Positions 1-8,948 of a DNA stretch of 25,595 bases are shown here, piece by piece. The notes under the pieces were generated by a model, which was not told where the DNA came from, searched no databases, and saw nothing but the letters and a program-made list of their open reading frames with translations. The stretch comes from Candidatus Eiseniibacteriota bacterium (GTDB taxonomy: Bacteria > Eisenbacteria > RBG-16-71-46). Where the stretch lies: positions 1-25,595 of the forward strand of contig JBGAOA010000062.1 of the NCBI GenBank assembly GCA_044222065.1, in the 5' to 3' direction. The position numbers and the translations under genes were made by a program. Within the stretch, counting starts at the first letter, position 1; each line of letters opens with the position of its first letter.

Positions 1-1
1 G

Positions 2-469
2 GCGGACGACTCGCTGCCCGACTGGCCCGCGGCCGCGGTGCCGCTCTACGTGACGCTCCAGAGCGGGCGCGCGACGCGCGCGTGCGTGGGGCGCGAGACG
101 CCGCCGCGCGGAACGCTCGCCGACGCGGTGCGCGCGCTCGCGCGCGACGCGCTCGTCGCCGACCGCCGCCGCGCGCCCGTGCGCCCCGAGGAACTGGGCC
201 GGCTGCGCGTCGTGCTCGCGTTCGCGGGCGAGCTCGTGCCGCTCGCGAGTCCCTACGACGCGAACCCCGCGCGCGACGGGCTGCTGGTCCAGTCGCCGCG
301 CGGCGCGGTCGCGTTCCTGCCCGGCGAGGCGCGCACGATCGCGTGGGCGCTCGCCGAGGCGCGCCGCCTCGGCGTGATCGAGCGCGGCAATCCCGACGTG
401 AGTTTCCGACGCTTCGAAGTGGTGACGATCGCGGAGCCCTCGCGCTCCGCGGCGCTCGAGGAGGAGTGA
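2..469 (+). CDS. AMMECR1-domain protein, 5'-truncated by the window edge
   Basis: The frame of ORF 38..469 is open back to base 2 (ADDSLPDWPAAAVPLYVTL...). LYVTL-x5-TRACVG resembles the AMMECR1 FVTL...LRGCIG motif; DGLLV...AFLP and terminal FRRFEV also fit. Confidence 0.75.
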   Translation, partial: ADDSLPDWPAAAVPLYVTLQSGRATRACVGRETPPRGTLADAVRALARDALVADRRRAPVRPEELGRLRVVLAFAGELVPLASPYDANPARDGLLVQSPRGAVAFLPGEARTIAWALAEARRLGVIERGNPDVSFRRFEVVTIAEPSRSAALEEE

Positions 470-470
470 G

Positions 471-3400
471 ATGAAGCGCGTGTCCCAGATTCGCCGCGGC
501 GCCTGCGCCGCGCTGCTGCTCACGGTGTTCGCCGCGTCCGCGTTCGCCGCCGCTCCGGTCGTGCGCGGCCGCGTCGTGGACGGCGCCACCGGCGCGCCGA
601 TCGCCGGGGCCGACGTGGCGCTGCAGAACGAATCGGGCGGCCAGGGCTTCTTCCGCGCGCGCACGGGCAAGGACGGCACGTTCGAGTTCAAGGGCGTTCG
701 CACCGAGCGCTACTACGGCCTCGAGGTCGGGCGCGAGGGCTACGCCGACTACGTGCTCTCGGGCTGGCGCTTCCCCGAGGTGCAGACGGGCGCCGAGTTC
801 GTCGTGCCGCTCGACCGCGCGGGCAACCTCGAGGTGCGCGTCACCGGCGCCGACGGCCGCACGCCGGTCGCGAACGCGAAGGTGCAGGTGCGGCGCGAGC
901 GCTCGATGCGCTGGTGGGAGGCGTGGCGCCCGGACCGCGACGCGTCGTTCACGGGCGCGGACGGCGCCGTGCGCTTCGCCGATCTCGCCGCGGGCGCGTA
1001 CGACGTCTCGATCGAGGCGCTGAACCTCGTGAGCTTCGAGGGACGCGCGGTGCAGGTGCGGCGCGGCGAGACGACGCCGCTCGCGGTGAAGCTCACTCGG
1101 CCCGCGAGCCTCGCCGGAGTCGTGCGGCTCGCCGACGGCACGGGCGTCCCGGGGCTCGGCGTCGTCGCGCGCGGCGCGGGCGAGGGCGTCGGCGCGACCG
1201 GCGACGACGGCGGCTTCACGATCGGCGACCTCGCGCCGGGCAAGTACCGGCTGTCGCTGTCGCACGAAGGTTTCCTGCCGCTCACGAGCAAGGAGGAGTG
1301 GACGCTCGCCGAGGGCGACGCGAAGTCGGGCGCCGTGCTCGTCGCGACGCCGCGCGCGCCGGAACTCGCGTTCGTGCTCCAGCGCGAAGCGTTCCCGCCC
1401 GGCACGCCGGTCAAGATCGGTCAGCGTTCGTTCCGGATCGGACGCGTGGACTACACGCTGTTCCGCGTGCCCGAGTCGCGCCTCGTGGATCCGAACGCGA
1501 GTCTGCCCGCGCTCGCCGCCGCGCGCGACACCGCGGGGCTCGCGCGCGTGGACGCGTGGTCGCGCGACACCGCCGAGGGCTCCGAGTGGGCGTGGCGCGA
1601 CGAGGAATTCGCGCTGCCGCTCGAACTCGAGCCCGGCTGCTACGTGCTGCGCGGCCGCGCGGGATCGCTCGAGCGGCGCACGCTGTTCTTCATCACCGAC
1701 GTCGGCCTGCTCGTGAAGCGCTCGGCGACGAAGCTCGTCGTGTCGGCCGCCTCGCTCAAGACCGGAACGCCGCTCGGCGGCGTGATCGTGGCGGCGCTCC
1801 CGAACGCGACGCCCTCGAGCGGCGCCGAGGGCACGGAGTGGAGCCGCTTCGTCCGCGGCGGCGCGGAGGGCAGCCGCACCGACGGCCGCGGGCTCGCGAC
1901 GCTCGCCATTCCCGCGAGCGCTCGCACGGTGAGGCTCGTCGCCTACGGCGCGGTGAGCGGCGTCTCGGTCGTCGAGGTGCCGCTCTCGGGCGACGCCGCG
2001 ATCGCCCCGAACCGCGTGTTCGCCTACACGGACCGGCCGATCTACCGGCCCGGCCAGACCGTGTACTGGAAGGCGTTCGCGCGAAAGGAAGCCGGCGCGG
2101 GCTGGGCGCTGCCCGATGCGACGCACGCGAGCGTCGAGGTGTCGGGGCCGGACGCCGCCTCGCTCGGCGCCGACGGCAGGACGCTGTCCGCGCACGGCAG
2201 CGCCGACGGCGCGGTCGAGATCCCGATGGACGCGCCGCTCGGCGACTGGTCGCTGACCGTGCGCGCGAACGGCGCGAGCGGGACCGCGAACTTCGCCGTG
2301 CAGGAGTACCGCAAGCCCGAGTTCGAGGTCGTCGTCACGCCGGACCGAGAGGTCGCGGTGAACGGCGACGAAGTGCGATTCACCGTCGCGGCGAGCTACT
2401 TCTTCGGCGCGCCCGTGCTCGGCGCGCGCGTGCGCTACAACCTGTTCGAGACGCGGCTCGCGGACGACGCGAACGAATACGGCGAGTCGTCGGGCGGCTA
2501 CGGCCGCGTGCTCAAGACGGGCGAGGCGCGCACCGACGCGGACGGACGGCTCGTGCTGTCGTTCACGCCCGAGCGCGCGGCGTGGGACCGGCGGCTGACG
2601 CTCGAAGCCGAGGTGGCCGACCCCGCGAATCGCGTCGTGAGCGGACGCGGCGGCGTCGTGATGGGGCGCGGCCTGTTCGCGATCCGGCTTTCGCCGCAGA
2701 GCCGCGTGCTCGACGCCGGCGCCCCGGTGCGCGTCGAGGTGACGACGCGCGACCACACGGGCAAGCCCGTCGCCGCCGCCGTCACGGTGACGCTCGACCA
2801 GGAAGCGTGGAACCCGCTGCTGCGCCGCTACACGCGCTCGTCGCGGCCGCTCGCGACGACGCAGATCACGACGAACGCGGCCGGCGCCGCCGTCGCCTCG
2901 CTCGCGAGCCAGGTCGCGCGTTCGGGCTGGATGACGCTGCGCGCGCGCGCGACCGATGCGCGCGGCAACGACATCACGGCCGAGAGCGGCGTGTGGGTGT
3001 GGGACGCGCGCGTGAGCGAGTACGCGTACCGCTACCCGACGCTCGAGGCGATTCCGGACCGCGAACGCTACGCGCCCGGCGACACGGTGAAGATCGTGGT
3101 GAACAGCGAGGTGCGGAACGGCGAGGTGCTCGCGACGCTCGAAGGTCGCGAGCTGTACGAGACGAAGCTCGTGCGGCTCTCGGGCGGCACGGGGCTCGTG
3201 ACGTTCGCGCTCGCCGCGGAACACGCGCCGAACGTGTTCGTCGGCCTGCACGTGCGGAAGGGCAAGGAAGTGCACTCGCGCGTGCTCGAGCTGCCGGTCG
3301 CCGCCGAGCGGCGCGACCTGAAGATCGCGCTCGAAACCGATCGCGAGAAGTACCGTCCGGGTGAGACCGGCGTGATCCGCGTGCGCACGAGCGACGCGAA

Positions 3401-5750
3401 GGGCGCGCCCGTGCCGGCCGAAGTGTCGGTCGGCGTCGTGGACGAGTCGATCTACGCGCTCAAGGCCGACGACACGCCGGATCCGCACGACGTGTTCTAC
3501 GGCCGGCGGCCGAACGGCGTGACGACCGTCGTGTCGTTCCCGCTGCTCTACTACGGCGGCGCGTCGAAGGACGGCCAGCCCGACGTGCGGAAGGACTTCC
3601 GCGACGTCGCGCTGTGGAAGCCGGTCGTCGCGACCGGCGCCGACGGCCGCGCGGAAGTGAGCGTGAAGTTCCCGGACAACCTGACGACGTGGCGTGTCAC
3701 GAGCCGCGGGCTCACGGACGGCACGCTCGTGGGTGCCGCGAAGGCGAAGACGCTCGTCACGAAGGACGTCGTCGCGCGCATCGCCGCGCCGCGCTTCCTC
3801 ACCGCGGGCGACGCCGCGCGCGTGAAGACCGTCGTGACGAACCGGAGCGGCGGGGCGCTCGCGGGCGTCGAAGCGAGCTTCGCCGCGAAGGGCGCGGCGC
3901 GCGTCGCGGGAGCGGCGAGCGCGAAGCTCGACCTGCCCGCGAACGGCGAAGGCGCTCCCGAGTGGAACGTCGAGGCGTCGAAGGCGCCGGAACTCGACGC
4001 GCACGGGACGGCGGGCGCGACGTTCACGTTCGCCGCGAAGTCGAAGGCCGACACGGACGCGCTCGAGTCGCGCGTGCCGGTGCGCCCGCGCGCGGTCGCG
4101 GTGCGCGCGAACGGCGGCGGATCGGTCGAGGGCTCGACGACGAGCGCCGTCGCGAACGAAAACGTCGCGCTTCCGGGCGACCTGCTGAGGAACGGCGGCG
4201 AGGTGACGATCGAGATCGCGCCGTCGATCGCCGCGCTCGCGCTGCAGGCGGCGAACTGGAACCTGGATTATCCGTACGGCTGCACGGAGCAGACGGCGAA
4301 CGCGATCCTGCCCGCGGTCGCCCTGCTCGAGGCGGCGAAGCAGGCGGGCGTGACGCCGCCGGGCTGGGAGAAGCCGCAGGACAAGCTCGCGCCCTACCTC
4401 GCGCGTCTCGTGAAGCTGCGCACGAACGAGGGCGGCTGGAGCTGGTGGAACGGCGGCTCGCCCGACGTGTACCTGACGTCGCTCGCGATCGACGCGCTCA
4501 CGCGCGCCTCGATCGCGGGCGTGACGGGTCCCGACGCCCGGTCGAGCCTGTCCATGGCGCTCAACGACGCCGCGCGGCTCGTGGACGAGGCGCGCACCGA
4601 GGACGGCCAGGCGTACGTGCTCGCGCACCTCGCGATCGTGAAGCAGCACGAGTTCGGCTCCGGCGTCGGCCAGACGCTCGTCGCCTCGCTCGAGTCGCTC
4701 GCGGATCGCGTGTACGCGGCGCGCGCGAACCTGAGTCCGGGCGGCCTCGCGCTCGCGACGCGCGGACTCGCACTGCTCGGCCGCCCCGCGAACGCGCGCA
4801 CGTGCTTCGAGCTCTTGATGAGCAAGGGGGTGAAGGAGGGTCCGACGCTCCACTGGAGCGATCGTGTGGACGAGGAAGCAGCCTGGTGGGGCGACGACGT
4901 CGAGACGACGGCCGACGCGCTGACGGCGATGATGGCCGTCGCGCCCGCGGACGGGCGTGCGGGCGAGATCGTGATGTGGCTCTCGCGCGAGCGGCGCGGC
5001 GGTTACTGGCGTTCGACGCGCGTCACGGCGCCAGCGGCGGTCGCGCTGGCCGCGTGGCTCGCGGCGCACCCCGCGGGCGCGGCGCCGTCGGGCCGGCTGG
5101 CCGTGTCGTGGAACGGCGCCTCGCTGCTCGATCGCGCGCTCGACGCATCGGACGCTTGGGACGCGTCGCGGCTCACGCTGCGCGTACCGGCCGAGGCCGT
5201 GAAGGCGGGGGCGAACGCGCTCGCGCTGCGGCGCGAAGGCGCGGGTACGACGTACTACGCGTGGCGCGCGAAGAGCCTCGTGCCGAGCCCCGGCCCCGAG
5301 GCGCACGATGCGCGGGTGAGCGTGACGCGCGAGTACCTGCGGGCCGAGCGAACGACGGACCGGCGCGGCCGCCCGCAGTGGCTCGTCACTCCGAAACCCG
5401 CGGGCGAGCCGTTCCGCATCGGCGAGTCGGTGATGGTGCGGCTGACTTTGAAAGCGGCGAAGGCGATCCGTCACGTGCTCGTCGAGGATCCGCGCATTGC
5501 GGGGATCGAAATCGAGCAGTTGCTGCCCGAAGGCGCAGAGTGGCCGTGGGGCACGCACGCCGAGGAGCGTGACGATCGCGTCGCGTTGTTCGTGGATGCG
5601 CTCGATGAGGGCGAGACGGTGATCGAGTACCTCGTGCGCCCCGAGATCGGCGGCACGTTCGCCGCGCTGCCCGCGACCGTGAGCGGCTTCTACGACGAGA
5701 CGCTCGCGGCGAGGAGCGGGGAGATGACGGTGAGTGTCGTGGGGAGGTAG
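471..5750 (+). CDS. Bacterial alpha-2-macroglobulin family protein (1759 aa) with N-terminal carboxypeptidase-regulatory-like beta-sandwich repeats
   Basis: Signal peptide; MG motifs YTDRPIYRPGQTV, VQEYRKPEFEV, DREKYRPGE, FPDNLTTWRVT; thioester motif YPYGCTEQ (CTEQ at 4281-4292); GGWSWW; WRST; SD GAGGAG upstream. Confidence 0.95.
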   Translation: MKRVSQIRRGACAALLLTVFAASAFAAAPVVRGRVVDGATGAPIAGADVALQNESGGQGFFRARTGKDGTFEFKGVRTERYYGLEVGREGYADYVLSGWRFPEVQTGAEFVVPLDRAGNLEVRVTGADGRTPVANAKVQVRRERSMRWWEAWRPDRDASFTGADGAVRFADLAAGAYDVSIEALNLVSFEGRAVQVRRGETTPLAVKLTRPASLAGVVRLADGTGVPGLGVVARGAGEGVGATGDDGGFTIGDLAPGKYRLSLSHEGFLPLTSKEEWTLAEGDAKSGAVLVATPRAPELAFVLQREAFPPGTPVKIGQRSFRIGRVDYTLFRVPESRLVDPNASLPALAAARDTAGLARVDAWSRDTAEGSEWAWRDEEFALPLELEPGCYVLRGRAGSLERRTLFFITDVGLLVKRSATKLVVSAASLKTGTPLGGVIVAALPNATPSSGAEGTEWSRFVRGGAEGSRTDGRGLATLAIPASARTVRLVAYGAVSGVSVVEVPLSGDAAIAPNRVFAYTDRPIYRPGQTVYWKAFARKEAGAGWALPDATHASVEVSGPDAASLGADGRTLSAHGSADGAVEIPMDAPLGDWSLTVRANGASGTANFAVQEYRKPEFEVVVTPDREVAVNGDEVRFTVAASYFFGAPVLGARVRYNLFETRLADDANEYGESSGGYGRVLKTGEARTDADGRLVLSFTPERAAWDRRLTLEAEVADPANRVVSGRGGVVMGRGLFAIRLSPQSRVLDAGAPVRVEVTTRDHTGKPVAAAVTVTLDQEAWNPLLRRYTRSSRPLATTQITTNAAGAAVASLASQVARSGWMTLRARATDARGNDITAESGVWVWDARVSEYAYRYPTLEAIPDRERYAPGDTVKIVVNSEVRNGEVLATLEGRELYETKLVRLSGGTGLVTFALAAEHAPNVFVGLHVRKGKEVHSRVLELPVAAERRDLKIALETDREKYRPGETGVIRVRTSDAKGAPVPAEVSVGVVDESIYALKADDTPDPHDVFYGRRPNGVTTVVSFPLLYYGGASKDGQPDVRKDFRDVALWKPVVATGADGRAEVSVKFPDNLTTWRVTSRGLTDGTLVGAAKAKTLVTKDVVARIAAPRFLTAGDAARVKTVVTNRSGGALAGVEASFAAKGAARVAGAASAKLDLPANGEGAPEWNVEASKAPELDAHGTAGATFTFAAKSKADTDALESRVPVRPRAVAVRANGGGSVEGSTTSAVANENVALPGDLLRNGGEVTIEIAPSIAALALQAANWNLDYPYGCTEQTANAILPAVALLEAAKQAGVTPPGWEKPQDKLAPYLARLVKLRTNEGGWSWWNGGSPDVYLTSLAIDALTRASIAGVTGPDARSSLSMALNDAARLVDEARTEDGQAYVLAHLAIVKQHEFGSGVGQTLVASLESLADRVYAARANLSPGGLALATRGLALLGRPANARTCFELLMSKGVKEGPTLHWSDRVDEEAAWWGDDVETTADALTAMMAVAPADGRAGEIVMWLSRERRGGYWRSTRVTAPAAVALAAWLAAHPAGAAPSGRLAVSWNGASLLDRALDASDAWDASRLTLRVPAEAVKAGANALALRREGAGTTYYAWRAKSLVPSPGPEAHDARVSVTREYLRAERTTDRRGRPQWLVTPKPAGEPFRIGESVMVRLTLKAAKAIRHVLVEDPRIAGIEIEQLLPEGAEWPWGTHAEERDDRVALFVDALDEGETVIEYLVRPEIGGTFAALPATVSGFYDETLAARSGEMTVSVVGR

Positions 5751-5774
5751 CGCGCATTCGCCTTGACGGCTTTT

Positions 5775-5895
5775 CGAACCCGCGTGCTCGAAACTCGCAG
5801 CCGGACGACGCGCGACACCAAGACGGGTCGCGCGTCGTCGCACTCGGGCGTTCGGGGCGGGCTCGCGACGCCGATGTGTCGAGCACTCGCGTTCG
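5775..5895 (+). other. Multi-stem inverted-repeat structure (candidate structured RNA or element end) upstream of the HNH gene
   Basis: 5775-5791 pairs with 5879-5895 (15/17). 5795-5802 pairs with 5860-5868 (one bulge). Perfect 13-bp stem 5804-5816/5827-5839 with a 10-nt loop. Confidence 0.5.
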
Positions 5896-5985
5896 CGTTT
5901 CCACGCCCGCCTCTGTGCGCCGATTTCGCGCGTGCTACAACTCCCACGCGCCCCCGCGACCGAGCCCCCGGTTGGGAGAGTCGTC

Positions 5986-7122
5986 ATGTCGCGCTTCTCG
6001 CTGTTCGGGGTTCCGGATCACGCGCTTCTCCAGACGTTGCGATCCCTCGTCGCACAGGATCGCGTCACCACGGCGGACCTGCTCGCGCACATCGCCGAGG
6101 TGGATGAGCGCAAGCTCTACCTGCCCGCGGCCTATCCTTCGATGCACGCCTACTGCGTGCGCACGCTGGGCTTCTCGGAAGACGCGGCGTTCAAGCGCAT
6201 CACCGCGGCGCGCATCGCCCGCGCGTTTCCCGCGATCTTCCCCGCCGTCGCCGACGGCCGGCTGCACCTCGCTGCCGTCCTGCTGATCGCGCCGCAGCTC
6301 ACGAGCGGGAACGCCGACGAGTGGATCGCCGCGGCCGCGGGGAAGTCGAAATCCGAGATCGCGCTGCTGCTCGCCGAGCGTGCTCCGAAGCCGGACGTTC
6401 CGGCCTTCGTCGCTCCGATCGCATCCGCTTCGCCGACGAAGCAACTCGCTCCGGGGCGAGTTCAGGATTCGTCATGCCAACTCGCCCCGGGGCGAGTCAG
6501 CGGAGACGCGCCTCTCGAAGGCAGGGCGGCGAACGACTCGTCGCTGGCCGCGCGGCCGCTTGCCGCTTCGCCCGTCGTCGCCGCGCCGGCGAGACTCGAG
6601 TCTGCGCCGCCGCCCGCCCGTGTCGCTCCGCTCGCGCCGCAGCGCTTCGCGATGCAGCTCACGATCGGCCAGACGACGCACGACAAGTTGCGCCGCGCCC
6701 AGAACCTGCTCGGCCACGCGCTCCCGACGAACGATCACGAAGCCCTCCTCGAACGTGCGCTCGATGCGCTGATCGCGGCGCTCGAGAAGCGGCGCTTCGC
6801 CGCGACGACGCGGCCCGCGAAGCGCACGAGCCGCGGCGAGGGGCGCTACGTGCCGGCCGAAGTGCGACGTGCCGTGTGGGCGCGCGACGGCGGCCGATGC
6901 ACGTTCACGAGCGCCGATGGCCGGCGCTGCGACGCGCGCACACGGCTCGAGTTCGATCACGCGCATCCGCTCGCGCGCGGCGGGCGCGCGACGGTCGCGA
7001 ACACGCGCCTGCGATGCCGCGCGCACAATCCGTACGACGCCGAAGTCGCGTTCGGGCGGGAATACGTGCGGCGAAGGCGCGAGGGCGCCCGCGATGCGGG
7101 GGAGTCCGTGTCCGCGCCGTGA
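5986..7122 (+). CDS. HNH endonuclease-domain protein with a long helical (DUF222-like) N-terminus
   Basis: ATG 5986 follows SD GGGAGAG. C-terminal VPAEVRRAVWARDGGRC-x9-C...LEFDHAHPLARGG...NTRLRCRAHN is a Zn-binding HNH motif. The linker has QLAPGRV twice. Confidence 0.88.
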   Translation: MSRFSLFGVPDHALLQTLRSLVAQDRVTTADLLAHIAEVDERKLYLPAAYPSMHAYCVRTLGFSEDAAFKRITAARIARAFPAIFPAVADGRLHLAAVLLIAPQLTSGNADEWIAAAAGKSKSEIALLLAERAPKPDVPAFVAPIASASPTKQLAPGRVQDSSCQLAPGRVSGDAPLEGRAANDSSLAARPLAASPVVAAPARLESAPPPARVAPLAPQRFAMQLTIGQTTHDKLRRAQNLLGHALPTNDHEALLERALDALIAALEKRRFAATTRPAKRTSRGEGRYVPAEVRRAVWARDGGRCTFTSADGRRCDARTRLEFDHAHPLARGGRATVANTRLRCRAHNPYDAEVAFGREYVRRRREGARDAGESVSAP

Positions 7123-7154
7123 GCGCCCGTTCGCGCCGGAGTGCCGTCCGAGGG

Positions 7155-7973
7155 CTACTGCCCCGCGAAGTCGTACTCCCACGCGATCACGAACTGGAAC
7201 GCGCCGTCGTTCTTCGCGACCACGCCCTGCTCGAATTTCAGGAACTCGCCGAGCCGCTCCGCGAGCCCGAGCGTGACTTCGAATTCGGCCTGCCCCTGCT
7301 CCGGACCGCCGATGTTCGCGAAGCCGCCGAGCGCGCTCGTGCCGCCCCGGAACGTGCCACCGGCGCCGAAGTGGGTGACGACTTCGGCGATCACATCGAG
7401 GACCGGGCGGGGGTGCCACTCCGAGGCGAGCGAGGCCTCGAGCGTGTTCTTCAGCGAAACGCCCGGCGGATCGCCGATGAACGTGTAGACGAGGTTTGCG
7501 TCCACGTCGCAGCTCAGGAACTCCTTGCTCACGATCGCGCCGATCGAGACGTCGCGCTCGCCGGTGCCGAGATCGCCGCGCTTCGCGGTCGGCCACTTGA
7601 TCGTGCTGGCGATCGCGAACGCGGGCCGATGGCGGCGCTCGCTCACGATCTCGGCCGTCAGCGTGGTTTCGAGATCGCCGAAACCCGAAAGGTCGCCGCG
7701 GCTCTTGCGGCGGATCACGACGGCGCTCGGCTCCACGGTGAGCGTGAGCGCATCGTTGAAGCCGTACTCGGCGAAGAACGGGAAGCCGTACTCCGATTCC
7801 TCGGCGTCGGTTTCGTACTCGAAGCCGCTGCCGAGCACGAGCCGCAACGGCCCCGCGGCCGTGCTCGCGCCGCGCGACGTGACGATGCGGGCTTCGGCCC
7901 CCGTTGCGAGCGTGAGCGCCGCGACGACCGCGAGGGACGCGCGCACGAACGCCGGCGTGCGGAACACGCTCAC
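7155..7973 (-). CDS. Putative outer-membrane beta-barrel 'transporter' (phenol-degradation MetA-like family)
   Basis: GTG at 7973 overlaps the upstream stop (GTGA). Signal peptide ending AEA; alternating amphipathic strands; GFGDL and KWPTA..GDLGTG..D motifs; aromatic C-terminal strand WEYDF. Confidence 0.65.
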   Translation of the reverse strand: MSVFRTPAFVRASLAVVAALTLATGAEARIVTSRGASTAAGPLRLVLGSGFEYETDAEESEYGFPFFAEYGFNDALTLTVEPSAVVIRRKSRGDLSGFGDLETTLTAEIVSERRHRPAFAIASTIKWPTAKRGDLGTGERDVSIGAIVSKEFLSCDVDANLVYTFIGDPPGVSLKNTLEASLASEWHPRPVLDVIAEVVTHFGAGGTFRGGTSALGGFANIGGPEQGQAEFEVTLGLAERLGEFLKFEQGVVAKNDGAFQFVIAWEYDFAGQ

Positions 7974-8683
7974 GGCTTCGTCACCGACACGAGTTCTTCG
8001 ACTTCGTGAGAAGCGGACTCGGCGCGCACGAAGCCGAGGCCGCGTGCGTACCACTTGAACTCGTGCCCCGTTTCGAGCAGCGACCAGTCCTTCGTGCGCA
8101 CGCAATCGTCGTACGTGCCGAACGGCACGACGACCTTCTCGCCGACGCCGACGATCTGCCCCATGTCCTCGGCTTCGCCCGGCGCGTACTCCTGACGGTA
8201 CGGGGCGCCGGGCGCGATCTTCGCGGGCATGATGATGCCGGCGCGGCCGCCCTTCTTGCCGGCTTCCCAGGAGCCTTCGGTGCTGACACGCCCGCGCGGC
8301 AGGAACTCCTTCGTGTCCTCGCCGAAGTACCACACGTTTCCATCCACGTCCTGCGCGTACCAGTCGTACGTGTCTTCCTTCACCTTGCCGTTCTCGCGGA
8401 CGACGTCGTGGACGATCGTGCAGGTGACGCCGAGAATGACCCTGGTGTCCGTGAGCACCGTGAGCTCGTTCTCGGAGGTCTTCTCGTGACCGGCCTCGCG
8501 ATAGACGAGCTTCGTTCCCGGCACGAGCGGGAAGTAGGGGTGGTCCACGCGCGCGGCGAAGCGGGCGGGATCGATCACCGGGGCGTAGCGTTCCTCCTTC
8601 GGCGCGGCCGAAGCGATGGCCGTGGCGAACAGTGCGAAGGCCGCAATCGCCGCTGCTGCGCGAGTACCGTTGTGTGCGTTCAC
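7970..8683 (-). CDS. Conserved secreted hypothetical protein
   Basis: GTG at 8683 with SD AGGGAG 7 nt upstream; Ala-rich signal peptide; conserved-looking motifs DHPYFPLVPGT, EDTYDWYAQDVDGNVWYFGED, SWEAG, YRQEY, KWYARGLG. Codon usage is typical of the window. Confidence 0.8.
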   Translation of the reverse strand: MNAHNGTRAAAAIAAFALFATAIASAAPKEERYAPVIDPARFAARVDHPYFPLVPGTKLVYREAGHEKTSENELTVLTDTRVILGVTCTIVHDVVRENGKVKEDTYDWYAQDVDGNVWYFGEDTKEFLPRGRVSTEGSWEAGKKGGRAGIIMPAKIAPGAPYRQEYAPGEAEDMGQIVGVGEKVVVPFGTYDDCVRTKDWSLLETGHEFKWYARGLGFVRAESASHEVEELVSVTKP

Positions 8684-8816
8684 GAGTCGTCTCCCTTCGA
8701 GTGAGCTGGACGTCCGGGGGGCTGCGTGCGCCGCGGGCGATTCCATGCATCGAGATACCGCCGGCGCCCTGGCGAGTTCGAGGAATAGCGCGTGCGAGCG
8801 CGACGCGCCCCGCTGC

Positions 8817-8883
8817 CGTTCATCTGACGTTCGGATTGGTTCCGCGACGCCGCACTCCGTCCTGGGTAAACGCGAGCTGAACG
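8817..8883. promoter_or_regulatory. Two oppositely oriented OmpR/PhoB-type tandem boxes in the divergent promoter region
   Basis: + strand CGTTCA-n5-CGTTCG (8817-8833); - strand CGTTCA-n5-CGTTTA (8867-8883). Both have an 11-bp period. A possible -10 TAGAGT lies at 8886-8891. Confidence 0.55.
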
Positions 8884-8948
8884 CCTAGAGTCATCACCAT
8901 GCGTCGCTCACATCGTCTCGCTCTCGCCACGGCCACCGCGCATCGCGC

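Noticed and set aside
5763..5791. TTGACG as a sigma70 -35 element
   Set aside because: No credible -10 hexamer at 16-18 nt spacing.
5750..7140. Terminal inverted repeats or target-site duplication around the HNH gene
   Set aside because: Only weak GC-rich similarity (gcgcgcattcg versus gcgcccgttcg), as expected by chance. Not called as an IS.
7974..8750. N-terminal half of the 531-aa ORF 7155..8750
   Set aside because: It overlaps the real 7970..8683 gene in another frame. The credible protein begins at GTG 7973 with a signal peptide.
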